NCBI GenBank assembly: GCA_046757025.1
Contig: JBHHXN010000069.1
Location: 1-24,607 of the forward strand
Source: a bacterium
GTDB lineage: Bacteria > Zhuqueibacterota > Zhuqueibacteria > Oceanimicrobiales > Oceanimicrobiaceae
Direction: 5' to 3'
Length of the DNA: 24,607 nt
In this document: positions 7,925 to 16,575 of the stretch, piece after piece
How the letters are laid out: each line of letters begins with the position of its first letter
Position numbering within the stretch: the stretch's first letter is position 1
The notes under the pieces: model-generated
Databases searched by the model: none
The model's input: the letters and a program-made list of their open reading frames with translations, nothing else
Told to the model about the DNA's origin: nothing
Made by a program: the position numbers and the translations under genes

Positions 7925-9141
7925 TATTGCACCACGAAGTCAATTTGAAAAATGGGCATCATCATGGCAAAGACGATAAAGCCAATGACGGCACCTATCA
8001 AAATAATCATGGCGGGCTCAAGGAGCCGCGTGAATAAGGATACCCGGCGTTCCACCTCTTGCTCATTGGATTTAGCTATTCGGTTCAGCACCTTTTCCAG
8101 TTGATTCGTGTCTTCTGCGATAGATATCATTTGCCCCAGGAGAGCGGGTAAATGATCGCCGGCTGCTAGATTGTCTCCCATACGCCCGCCACTTCGGATT
8201 GCTTCTGCCGTTTTACTGAATTCCTGTTGCAGAATTAAATTTTTGCAAGCTGCCACCACGACCTCAAATGCCTGATGAATGGGTACTCCATGAGCGAGCA
8301 GTGCGCTCATGGTACGAGCAAATTGCGTAATCTCTGCCTGGATTATCAGGGAGCCAAAAAACGGCAAACGCAGCTTTAGTTTGTCCAACCTAAGTTTGAA
8401 TTCGTTCTGTGTGTATTTAATTTTAATCATGGTGGCCAGAATCAAACCTGCCAGTAACATCAACGGCCATTGATTTGAAACACTGTTTGAAACCGACAAC
8501 AATATTTTGGTGGGCAGCGGTAGTGTCTGGCCGATTTCATGAAACATGGTCACGATTTGCGGTACCACAAATGTCAGCAGAATGGTGACAGTCAGAATCC
8601 CCATACTCAGCATCAACAGAGGATAAGCCAGAGCGGCGCGAATCTGCTTTTGTACGGAGTCTTCCTTTTCCAGGTAATTGGCCAGATGTTCGAGAACCAA
8701 TTCCAACATCCCGCCGGCTTCCCCGGCTTTGATCATGTTCACGTAAAATTTTGAAAACATACCAGTCCAGGCAGCGCATGCTTCAGAAAAACGGCTGCCG
8801 TCCTGCAGGCGTTCTAAAAGATCGGGTAAAACCCTCGCAAACGATCCTTTCGAAGCTTGCTTTTGCAACAGGAATAAAGCGGAATGCACCGTCATCCCCG
8901 CTTCCAGCATGTTCGCCAATTGTCTGGTAAAAAGTATTACCTCTGATTTATTTTTTCGTGAAATGAGATTCAGAAGGAAACCGGATTTGTGCTCTCTCTG
9001 GCTTTTGAGCGGTACAATCTCCACCGGGAACAGCCCTTTTTCAGCGAGCTGCGCAGCCAGCAAATTGGCGCTTTCTGCTTGCATGGCACCCTGAACCATT
9101 TTTTCAGGGGTCGATCTGGCTAAATATTCAAACATTGGCAT
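7924..9141 (-). CDS. gspF: Type II secretion / type IV pilus inner-membrane platform protein GspF/PilC
   Basis: The 405-aa product has two T2SSF-type repeats and three TM segments. The N-terminal region (...AAQLAEKGLFPVEI...) is typical GspF. It lies 3 nt downstream of gspE. Confidence 0.8.
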   Translation of the reverse strand: MPMFEYLARSTPEKMVQGAMQAESANLLAAQLAEKGLFPVEIVPLKSQREHKSGFLLNLISRKNKSEVILFTRQLANMLEAGMTVHSALFLLQKQASKGSFARVLPDLLERLQDGSRFSEACAAWTGMFSKFYVNMIKAGEAGGMLELVLEHLANYLEKEDSVQKQIRAALAYPLLMLSMGILTVTILLTFVVPQIVTMFHEIGQTLPLPTKILLSVSNSVSNQWPLMLLAGLILATMIKIKYTQNEFKLRLDKLKLRLPFFGSLIIQAEITQFARTMSALLAHGVPIHQAFEVVVAACKNLILQQEFSKTAEAIRSGGRMGDNLAAGDHLPALLGQMISIAEDTNQLEKVLNRIAKSNEQEVERRVSLFTRLLEPAMIILIGAVIGFIVFAMMMPIFQIDFVVQ

Positions 9142-9144
9142 GGA

Positions 9145-10764
9145 TTATTTCTCAACCTCCTGTGTAACACGCAAAACTTCATCTAACGTGGTAATCCCAC
9201 GACTAATCTTTTCGATGCCGTCGTTGCGCAGACTTACCATGCCTTTTTCGATGGCTAATTTACGTAGCTGATTGGCTGGCGTTTTCATCACGATTTGTTC
9301 TCGAATTTCATCGTCGATTTTCATAAATTCGTAGATGGCGGTACGCCCAAAATAGCCGCTCTGTTTGCACATTTCACATCCCCTCCCTCGATATAATGTA
9401 TGATTTCCGCCCCCGAGTTTTCGAAATAACGTTTGCCGACCATTGCGGACATTTTCGCTTTTTTTGCAGTCCGTACAAATTACGCGAACTAATCTTTGCG
9501 CCACGATACATTCAACTGAAGCGGCAATTAAATAAGGCTCGATTCCCATGTTGATGAGTCGGGCCACGGCACTGGCCGCATCGTTGGTGTGAAGAGTGCT
9601 GAATACCAGATGGCCGGTCATGGCCACCTGAATAGTCACCTCGGCAGTTTCATTGTCGCGAATTTCGCCCACGAGCATGACATCGGGATCGTGGCGCAGC
9701 ATGGACCGCAGGCCCTGCGCAAACGTGAGGCCAATTTTAGGGTTCACCTGCACCTGCGAAATGCCGGTCAATTGATACTCGATGGGATCCTCCACCGTGA
9801 TGATTTTTCGCGCACTATCATTGATTTTGTTTAAACAAGAATACAGGGTGGTAGTTTTGCCGCTACCAGTCGGCCCGGTCACCAGGATGATTCCGTGTGG
9901 TTTTTCCAATAACTGTTCGATCAAAATTAAATCCCGCCGCATCAAACCCAGGCTTTCGAGATTTAGGGCTACGTGATTGCTGTTTAAAATTCGGATATTT
10001 ACCGACTCCCCAAAAGGTGTGGGTAAAATTGAAATCCGCAGATCCAATTCCTGCTGGCCTGTGCGCACTTTTATGCGTCCATCCTGAGGAAGCCGCTGTT
10101 CCGCAATGTTTAAATTGGCCATAATTTTGATGCGGGAAACAATGGCAGGATGCAGATGTTGTAGGGATTCCGGTACAGAAACCTCGTAGAGCACCCCATC
10201 AACCCGATAACGGATGCGTAAACGCGATTCATAAGGTTCGATATGGATGTCTGTGGCCCGCTCCTGAAAGGATTCGATGAGCAATTCGTTCACAAAAGCC
10301 ACGATGCTGGCTTCTTCGGATTGCTGTTCAAGGTCGGTTGCATAATCGGCAGTCAGATCAATGTAATGGCTGGCATCGGTTTCATTCAGCATTCGATGGA
10401 CGGTTTCGGCTCCTAAACCGTAGATATGCCGCAATGCCTCTTCAATCTGTTCGGCGTTGGCCTTTAATGGTTCGATCTCCTTTTTTAGAAGCCATTTGAG
10501 TTCATCAAGGGTGGCTAAATCATCAGGTTCCATGGTGGCTATTTGTAACCGATCTCTATCTTCACCCAAAGGAATAATTTTATACTGACAGGCCACCGGT
10601 GCGTCGATGAGATGGTGCAGCGATTTGGATGCCGGAGATTTTAACAGTTGCGACAGTAATACAGCGGCATTTTTATATTTGGATTTCTTATTTTCTGCCA
10701 GCGGCAACGGTTGCTTTACAAGTGTCTTTTTCTTGAGATTTTGGGATTCAGGTAACCAGCTCAA
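9145..10764 (-). CDS. gspE: Type II secretion ATPase GspE (PilB/GspE family)
   Basis: Walker A is GPTGSGKTTTLY. The C-terminal tetra-Cys zinc motif is CTDCKK...CEMCKQSGYFGRT, and the N1 domain motif is present. There is no in-frame ATG near the N-terminus. The ORF track uses the TTG at 10770. The second TTG at 10764-10762 lies 7 nt downstream of a perfect AGGAGG (minus strand, 10777-10772) and is the more likely start. Confidence 0.85.
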   Translation of the reverse strand: MSWLPESQNLKKKTLVKQPLPLAENKKSKYKNAAVLLSQLLKSPASKSLHHLIDAPVACQYKIIPLGEDRDRLQIATMEPDDLATLDELKWLLKKEIEPLKANAEQIEEALRHIYGLGAETVHRMLNETDASHYIDLTADYATDLEQQSEEASIVAFVNELLIESFQERATDIHIEPYESRLRIRYRVDGVLYEVSVPESLQHLHPAIVSRIKIMANLNIAEQRLPQDGRIKVRTGQQELDLRISILPTPFGESVNIRILNSNHVALNLESLGLMRRDLILIEQLLEKPHGIILVTGPTGSGKTTTLYSCLNKINDSARKIITVEDPIEYQLTGISQVQVNPKIGLTFAQGLRSMLRHDPDVMLVGEIRDNETAEVTIQVAMTGHLVFSTLHTNDAASAVARLINMGIEPYLIAASVECIVAQRLVRVICTDCKKSENVRNGRQTLFRKLGGGNHTLYRGRGCEMCKQSGYFGRTAIYEFMKIDDEIREQIVMKTPANQLRKLAIEKGMVSLRNDGIEKISRGITTLDEVLRVTQEVEK

Positions 10765-10869
10765 TTTCAAGCCTCCTATTTTTCGGCTATTAAAAGGGTC
10801 CTTGATCCTGTTCTTGCAATCAATTAGAATTCAATCGAGATTTTAAGCGATGATTTGATTTCCCAGGAA

Positions 10870-10885
10870 GGCAAACGGTGTACCA
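10870..10885 (-). promoter_or_regulatory. Candidate sigma-54 (-24/-12) promoter upstream of gspE
   Basis: The minus strand reads TGGTACACCGTTTGCC. Against the consensus TGGCACG-N4-TTGCW it has GG and GC at the exact 10-nt spacing. The predicted transcription start is about 90 nt upstream of the gspE start. A sigma-54-dependent activator is encoded 2.6 kb away. Confidence 0.35.
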
Positions 10886-11011
10886 GAAGAAAATCGTGCT
10901 TGAAAATGAAGAAATTGCTTATTAATAAGGAAGGTTGATGGCGAAGAGTAAATGTAGAATTGTTACTGTGGGATTGACAACCTGTAAAGGTTTACTTGAC
11001 AAAATAGAATA

Positions 11012-11380
11012 CTATTTTCGGGAAAGAGCTTTGCGGATGACTTTGCGGATTTTTTTGATGGAGACGGGTTTGGTGAGATATTCAAAAGCACCTTGTTTTA
11101 GGACTTCCTCTGCTGAATGTTGCGTCCCCTGACCGGTGATGACGATGATAGGAATCATTTCATTTTTTTTCTTAATTTCCTTTAAAGCTTCAAATCCATC
11201 GATAATTGGAATAGCCAGATCTAGAAGCACAACCTGCGGTTGCTCGGTCTCGAATTTCTTCAGGGCCTCGGCGCCGTCTCTGGCTTCGATACTTTCATAT
11301 CCTTCTTTTTCCAATAATTCGTTGAAAGCGAATAGAATCCGCTCGTCATCATCAACAACAAGAATTTTAGGTTTGCTCAT
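11012..11380 (-). CDS. Stand-alone response-regulator receiver domain (CheY-like, no output domain)
   Basis: The 122-aa product has the acidic pocket VVDDDE, the phospho-acceptor Asp in VVLLDLAIP, T in IIVITGQG and K in LTKP. An AGGA ribosome-binding site lies 8 nt upstream. The protein is about 55% identical to the receiver domain of the sigma-54 activator at 13465. Confidence 0.8.
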   Translation of the reverse strand: MSKPKILVVDDDERILFAFNELLEKEGYESIEARDGAEALKKFETEQPQVVLLDLAIPIIDGFEALKEIKKKNEMIPIIVITGQGTQHSAEEVLKQGAFEYLTKPVSIKKIRKVIRKALSRK

Positions 11381-12509
11381 GAGGATTGTCCTGGGTAGTT
11401 AATGTCAAGGAGACGCGACCAAGTTGTTGATTCAGTTCTGTATGAGGAGCCGCATTTTACCTGCCTGATTGATACCTTGCTAATAAAATTGATTAAATGA
11501 AAGACTATGTTTATGCCATCGTTTCAGATACACGCACTAGAGCCGATATTCAGCTTTATTATAAACCTATATAAACAGGTTCCGCGCATGGGTGTATTTA
11601 GGCACTAAAGAGTAAGACAATGTCAACAGGTGGTACTGCTGTTTGCGCTAATTTTAACAGTGGCAAATGTCATACCTGCTTTGGTGCAAATAAACGATTT
11701 TTTATTTTATTTATTTTTATAATTCCAAATTAAAACATCAGAATGTACAATAGTCCGATTATATTCTACCAACACGGATCCCCTTTCTGAAATCGTCAAT
11801 AAAGACGATTAATTGGAGAATTCTGCGTTAATAAAAAAGAATTGAGTCGTTTCTGTATTCGCTGAAAATAATTGACAAAATGATGATTACAATGTAAAAA
11901 TGTCCTCATGAGAAAAATCCATCGTTAGGGTGTTTTAATGGTCGCAAAATCAACTTCATACGTTGGTGCATAATAAATCTGAAGAAGCGTTGGGGTCCGA
12001 ATTAAGACAGTCTTGAAATAATTGATAATAAGAGTCTTATGTCTGAATAGCATGAAGGCCGCCTTGATTTTCAGGCCGGAATTTGAACAGTTTTACCAAT
12101 TATTTCCGTATGCCAAGTTGAAATGAATTATTTTTAAGTTATTAATTAATAAAAATTAATGTTGTTACCATTTAGTCAATTATTTTGTTGGCACGCTCTT
12201 TGAATTAATAATAATTGTAGCAGAAGAATGAGGATGGAGCAATCATTTGCTTCCGGTATGAGGTTGTGTAAACGGTGGGATTGAGCCAGTCCGAGTGGAG
12301 ATGCAACGAATTCAAGTTCTTTTCTTGTTCCCATCCCTGACAAAATATTAATCCTATTAAAGTTCATATAGCTGGCATTTCGCTGAAGATTGAAGTGAAA
12401 CAACGCAATGTTTTTGTTTATTGCATGCAAATTCTAATCATGCGGCCACTGGATTTTATGTGGAACGCTTAGTTCCATAAATTACTGGGCAAATCAAAGG
12501 GAGGTGAAC

Positions 12510-13460
12510 ATGTCGATACGCAGTGACCAAGTACAAAATAGATGGCAGATGCATGCCTTTCAGCCCCCTAATCAAGCGTTGAAATCGTTGATTGAAAAGG
12601 CAGAAAAAATCGGGGATGGCCTGAACTCAGCCTCAAAGACGCCTTTTGAACGAATTCGTGATCAAGCGGATGCGGAGATGACTGTGGGTCAGATGTCCGC
12701 GATGATTTCTCATGAGTTTCGGAATGCGCTGACTTCCATCAAAATGATTCTCGAGCTTCAAATCGAATCCAGAAATTTAAATCCATCGGAAAAAAAGTCA
12801 CTAAGCGTGGCGCTTAAGTCCATTAACCACATGGTCGATGTTGTCACCCGGCTTCTCAATTTTTCAAGGCCAATGCCTCCTGATTTTCAATGTGAGGACC
12901 TCAATGAAGTGGTAACCGAGAGCCTTCAGTTTGTGAAGACGCAATTAAAAAAAGAAAGAATCACTATTCAACCGGCTTTTGATTCAAACATTCCTACTAT
13001 GTTACTCGATGCCCACCGCATCAAAGAAGCGCTGGTAAATCTCCTTTTAAACGCCATGCATGCTTTAGAAAAGAAAAAACCAGCGGGCGGCAACAGAATG
13101 ATTTCAGTGGCGACTAAAAGACACACCCTTCACCAGGCCCTTAGCGATCGTTCTTATTCGGGTTCGTGCAAAATTCCAAGAAGTGAGGATGGCAATTTTG
13201 ACCAACCCTTCCTGGAATTGGCTGAGGGTACCGAATGTGTTTTAATTGAAATAAAAGACAATGGTGAGGGCATCAATCCCGAGCATTTCCGGCACATATT
13301 TGATCCTTTTTATACCACGAAATCCAGAGGCACCGGACTGGGGCTTGCCATCGTGAAACAAACTATAAATGAGCACGGCGGAATGATTACCATAAACAGT
13401 TTGCTAGGACAGGGAACCACAATTAAATTATATTTACCTTTGCTAAATTGCAGGAGATGA
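12510..13460 (+). CDS. Cytoplasmic sensor histidine kinase (HisKA + HATPase_c, no TM helix and no recognisable sensor domain)
   Basis: The H-box is MISHEFRNALTSI, the N-box LLLNAMHAL, G1 IKDNGEGI and G2 GTGLGLAIV. The ATG at 12510 has a GGGAGG sequence 5 nt upstream. The GTG at 12504 used in the ORF track lies inside that ribosome-binding site. Confidence 0.8.
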   Translation: MSIRSDQVQNRWQMHAFQPPNQALKSLIEKAEKIGDGLNSASKTPFERIRDQADAEMTVGQMSAMISHEFRNALTSIKMILELQIESRNLNPSEKKSLSVALKSINHMVDVVTRLLNFSRPMPPDFQCEDLNEVVTESLQFVKTQLKKERITIQPAFDSNIPTMLLDAHRIKEALVNLLLNAMHALEKKKPAGGNRMISVATKRHTLHQALSDRSYSGSCKIPRSEDGNFDQPFLELAEGTECVLIEIKDNGEGINPEHFRHIFDPFYTTKSRGTGLGLAIVKQTINEHGGMITINSLLGQGTTIKLYLPLLNCRR

Positions 13461-13464
13461 CAAC

Positions 13465-14853
13465 ATGGGTCTCAAAAAAGTGATGTTTGTAGATGATGAC
13501 GATGAAATCCTATTTGCTTTCCGTGAGGTGGTTAAGAAAGAAGGTTATTTACCGGTTGAAGCCCGGGATGGGCAACAAGCATTGGAACAATTCGACCTTG
13601 AAAAACCAGAAGTGATCTTCATGGATGTCTCCATGCCTAACCTGGACGGACTGGAAGCTCTCAAACAGTTTAAAAAGAAAAACCGCTTTATTCCGGTGAT
13701 TATGATTACCGGCAAAGGAAATATGAAAACGGCCATCAATGCCATGAAATTGGGGGCATTCGATTATCTCACCAAACCGTTATCCGTGAAAAAAGTGCGT
13801 CAATCGATTGCTCAGGCCCTGTCCAGCTCAAAAAAATCTTCAGCAAAACCAATACACTTCGACGCAGAGACCATGGATCGTCACGAGCTCATCGGAGTCA
13901 GCGATGTGATGCAGAATGTCTACAAACTAATTGGTTCGATTTCAGTGACACCGAACCACACTTCTGTTTTGATCACCGGTGAAAGCGGCACCGGCAAGGA
14001 ATTGGTCGCTCGTGCCATTCATAAAAACGGCCCTCATGCGGAAGAGCCCTATATGGCGGTTAATTGTACAACCTTACCGGAGAATCTGCTGGAATCCGAA
14101 CTTTTTGGCCATGAGAAAGGCGCTTTTACAGGCGCGGCTCAGAGAAAATTAGGTAAATTTGAAGTGGCTGGATGTGGAACGATTTTTCTGGATGAAATTG
14201 GCGATCTGTCAACCGCACTGCAACAAAAATTGTTACGCGTGCTACAGGAACGTCAGTTTGAGAGATTAGGAGGACACGATCAAATCGAAGTCCAGGCGCG
14301 CTTTGTCGCTGCCACCAATCAAAACATCGCTGAGAGTACCATAAACGGCCGTTTTCGCGAAGACTTATTTTATCGTTTGAACGTAGCAACCATTCATTTG
14401 CCGCCTTTGAGAGAACGCAAGGAAGACATCGTTTTGCTCGCCTACTATTTTCTGACAAAATATAACCATCAATTTAATAAAGCCATAAACGGTTTTTCAA
14501 AACAGGCCCTGTCGCTTTTGCAAGCTTATTCCTATCATGGCAATGTTCGCGAACTGGAAAACCTCATCGAACGTGCGGTGATGTTGACCCAGGGCAAGGT
14601 AATCCTTCCTGAAATATTCAGTGAAATGTTTACACCACCGGCTCCGGAAGCGACTCTCCTTCCCATAATCAGCTCGGTATTTAAAGAATCCCGTGAACAC
14701 CTTTTGAATCAGTTCGAGAAGCAGTTTGTAACCGAGCAGCTCACCAAAAATTGTGGGAATGTCAGTGCGGCCGCAAGAATGAGCCAAATGTCCCGCCAAA
14801 ACTTTCATCGACTGCTATCCAAGCACCAAATCCAACCGGAGCGCCTGATCTGA
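13465..14853 (+). CDS. Sigma-54-dependent response regulator (NtrC/PilR family: REC, AAA+ and HTH domains)
   Basis: Receiver domain is VDDDDE...FMDVSMP...LTKP. The AAA+ domain has Walker A GESGTGKE and the GAFTGA sigma-54 contact motif (EKGAFTGAAQ). The C-terminus carries a Fis-type HTH. The start lies 4 nt after the histidine kinase stop. Confidence 0.85.
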   Translation: MGLKKVMFVDDDDEILFAFREVVKKEGYLPVEARDGQQALEQFDLEKPEVIFMDVSMPNLDGLEALKQFKKKNRFIPVIMITGKGNMKTAINAMKLGAFDYLTKPLSVKKVRQSIAQALSSSKKSSAKPIHFDAETMDRHELIGVSDVMQNVYKLIGSISVTPNHTSVLITGESGTGKELVARAIHKNGPHAEEPYMAVNCTTLPENLLESELFGHEKGAFTGAAQRKLGKFEVAGCGTIFLDEIGDLSTALQQKLLRVLQERQFERLGGHDQIEVQARFVAATNQNIAESTINGRFREDLFYRLNVATIHLPPLRERKEDIVLLAYYFLTKYNHQFNKAINGFSKQALSLLQAYSYHGNVRELENLIERAVMLTQGKVILPEIFSEMFTPPAPEATLLPIISSVFKESREHLLNQFEKQFVTEQLTKNCGNVSAAARMSQMSRQNFHRLLSKHQIQPERLI

Positions 14854-15058
14854 TTCGAACTCATTCTGGATTTATTGGAATATTGCAAATAAATATGAGT
14901 ATTTCAGATTGTGGAATGTGTAGGTTGGCTATTTGCACGTTCATTCCGAAATCCGCATTCTGCAGTCGCCATGTTTTAAATTTCCTTTTCTTTTTACCAT
15001 ATCAACCGTTTTTTCGCTGCAGTGTCTGCGAAAAGGCATAGAATCCTTACCGCCCCAT

Positions 15059-15086
15059 AAAAAAAGGCCACCGCAAATGGGTGGCC
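15059..15086 (-). terminator. Rho-independent terminator, minus-strand orientation
   Basis: A perfect 7-bp stem GGCCACC (15066-15072) pairs with GGTGGCC (15080-15086) across a 7-nt loop. On the minus strand it is followed by a U7 run (complement of 15059-15065). Confidence 0.6.
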
Positions 15087-15460
15087 GTCGAAGTGTTCTC
15101 AGCACTGTGAAATTAAACTGTGAGAATGATTAAGAGTCATTCAAATTTTAATGCTCTTTATAGTATTACTTCTGAACTTTTGCATTTTTTTACAAGAAAA
15201 TGGCTAAATGACGCGAAGTGAATGACACGACCCGTCATAAAGTCATCAGGTCATTTGCCTTTGGCGTCATTTTAGACAGCAGCAATAATTCACCTCTGTC
15301 AATGACAGCGAGGCTTAATGACGGCTGATAATAGCACCATGGTTTGGACCACAACAAAGCAAGTCATTTAAACATTTGCGGCTCCGCCGCGCTAGGTAAA
15401 CGAGAGGATGTGTGTACAATCGTTTACATTTTTCAGCTATTTTTGAAAAACCGGTTTCAC

Positions 15461-16258
15461 TTATTTGGCAGTGATTTCTTCCTCGGGCATGTAGGAAATG
15501 TCAGGACGACTCCTGCCGGTTTTTTGCACGAATTTACGAGTAACCGCCATGGCTTTGGCAGCCAGCGCTTGACCTTCCTCTCCCAGCATTTCCTTTATTT
15601 TTTCTTGCTGGGTGAAAAAGTCGGAAGCGCTTTTGGCCCATGATACCACCACAAACAGGGGCATTTCCGTGCCCATCTCACCGATGTATAGATTGTATCC
15701 GTCCGCAATCTTTTTGCTGGCATAAAGCGCTTTATACTGCCTGGCTATTTCGTTGGCTTCTTTCTCTTTACCGGCTTTAATGTAGAGATAGGTCCAGTGA
15801 AGGAAAGTGGCCTCTTCGGGTTTGAGTCTGGGCGCTTCTGGCTGGTAGGAATATTCGCCACTCATTCTGGCTATGAGGTCCTGATGATATTCGTAAGTGC
15901 CTGCAAAACGCTTGTCAAATTCCTGCCTTTTCTCCTCGCCTAATTTCTTATCAAACTCCTCACCCGCTTTTTTGATTTTATCCAAGTCAGCAAAATTTTC
16001 TAACGGCACTAGATAAAAGTAGTGAAAATCATTCGTACTGGAAGATTGCATGTAAGGGAATGCGATTTTGTGTTTGACAAATTCAGCCACGTAATCTTTT
16101 ACCGCAGACTCATATTGTGCCACCATCGAAGGTTTCACAATATCTTCGTGAATAGAATATAGCTGCCCTGTAGGTTTTTCATCCTGGGCAAAAACCGGTA
16201 GTGCCAGGAGACCAACCAATACAGCTACTAAAATCGGGAATAGAGTCGGTTTTTTCAT
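15461..16258 (-). CDS. Secreted hypothetical protein (signal peptide, Lys/Glu-rich, no recognised domain)
   Basis: The 265-aa product begins MKKPTLFPILVAVLVGLLALPVFA|QDE. The region shows clean coding statistics. A GGAGG sequence lies upstream (minus strand, about 16265-16269). Confidence 0.6.
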   Translation of the reverse strand: MKKPTLFPILVAVLVGLLALPVFAQDEKPTGQLYSIHEDIVKPSMVAQYESAVKDYVAEFVKHKIAFPYMQSSSTNDFHYFYLVPLENFADLDKIKKAGEEFDKKLGEEKRQEFDKRFAGTYEYHQDLIARMSGEYSYQPEAPRLKPEEATFLHWTYLYIKAGKEKEANEIARQYKALYASKKIADGYNLYIGEMGTEMPLFVVVSWAKSASDFFTQQEKIKEMLGEEGQALAAKAMAVTRKFVQKTGRSRPDISYMPEEEITAK

Positions 16259-16523
16259 CGTACTCCTCCTTTATTTTGGGTAAATGAATGATGAATAGAA
16301 AGTGAATTAAATTGAAAATCAAGTTAACGAAATTAAAAAATGACCGTCTCTGCGTGATTAAAGGGAAGTGGTAGAACGATTGGAAATTCGGACTTCTTTA
16401 GACGGGAATGCTATAGACTGGTAGTAGTTCGGTTGTAATTTATCACGATCCATGATTGCAAGCAACTTATCATTAATCGTGGTAAAAAGCAAGTTATTTT
16501 AACAAAAGTTCATAAATAAAAAA

Positions 16524-16551
16524 GGCGAAGAACCATTCTCCGCCTTTTTTT
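16524..16551 (-). terminator. Rho-independent terminator downstream of the YceI gene (bidirectional geometry)
   Basis: GGCGAAGA (16524-16531) pairs with TCTCCGCC (16537-16544), an 8-bp stem with one mismatch and a 5-nt loop. It is flanked by an A-run (16515-16523) and a T-run (16545-16551), so a U-tract follows the hairpin on both strands. Confidence 0.65.
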
Positions 16552-16575
16552 GAATTAAATAATGTACGAAATTTC

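Noticed and set aside
11620-11640. A sigma-54-like TGGTAC...TTTGC at about 11630-11646
   Set aside because: The GG-to-GC spacing is 11 nt rather than the obligatory 10 nt.
12176-12430. An 84-aa minus-strand ORF in the 1.1-kb AT-rich spacer
   Set aside because: It has AT-rich low-complexity composition, no ribosome-binding site, and would run antisense through the kinase promoter region. It is most likely a chance ORF.
14126-14808. Two minus-strand ORFs (14126-14458 and 14497-14808) inside the sigma-54 activator gene
   Set aside because: They are antisense to a high-confidence CDS, have no ribosome-binding site and no recognisable domains.
15344-15643. A 99-aa plus-strand ORF overlapping the 3' end of the secreted-protein gene
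   Set aside because: It starts at a TTG and lies antisense to a better-supported gene. The stretch of 15087-15460 that it covers has no convincing coding potential.
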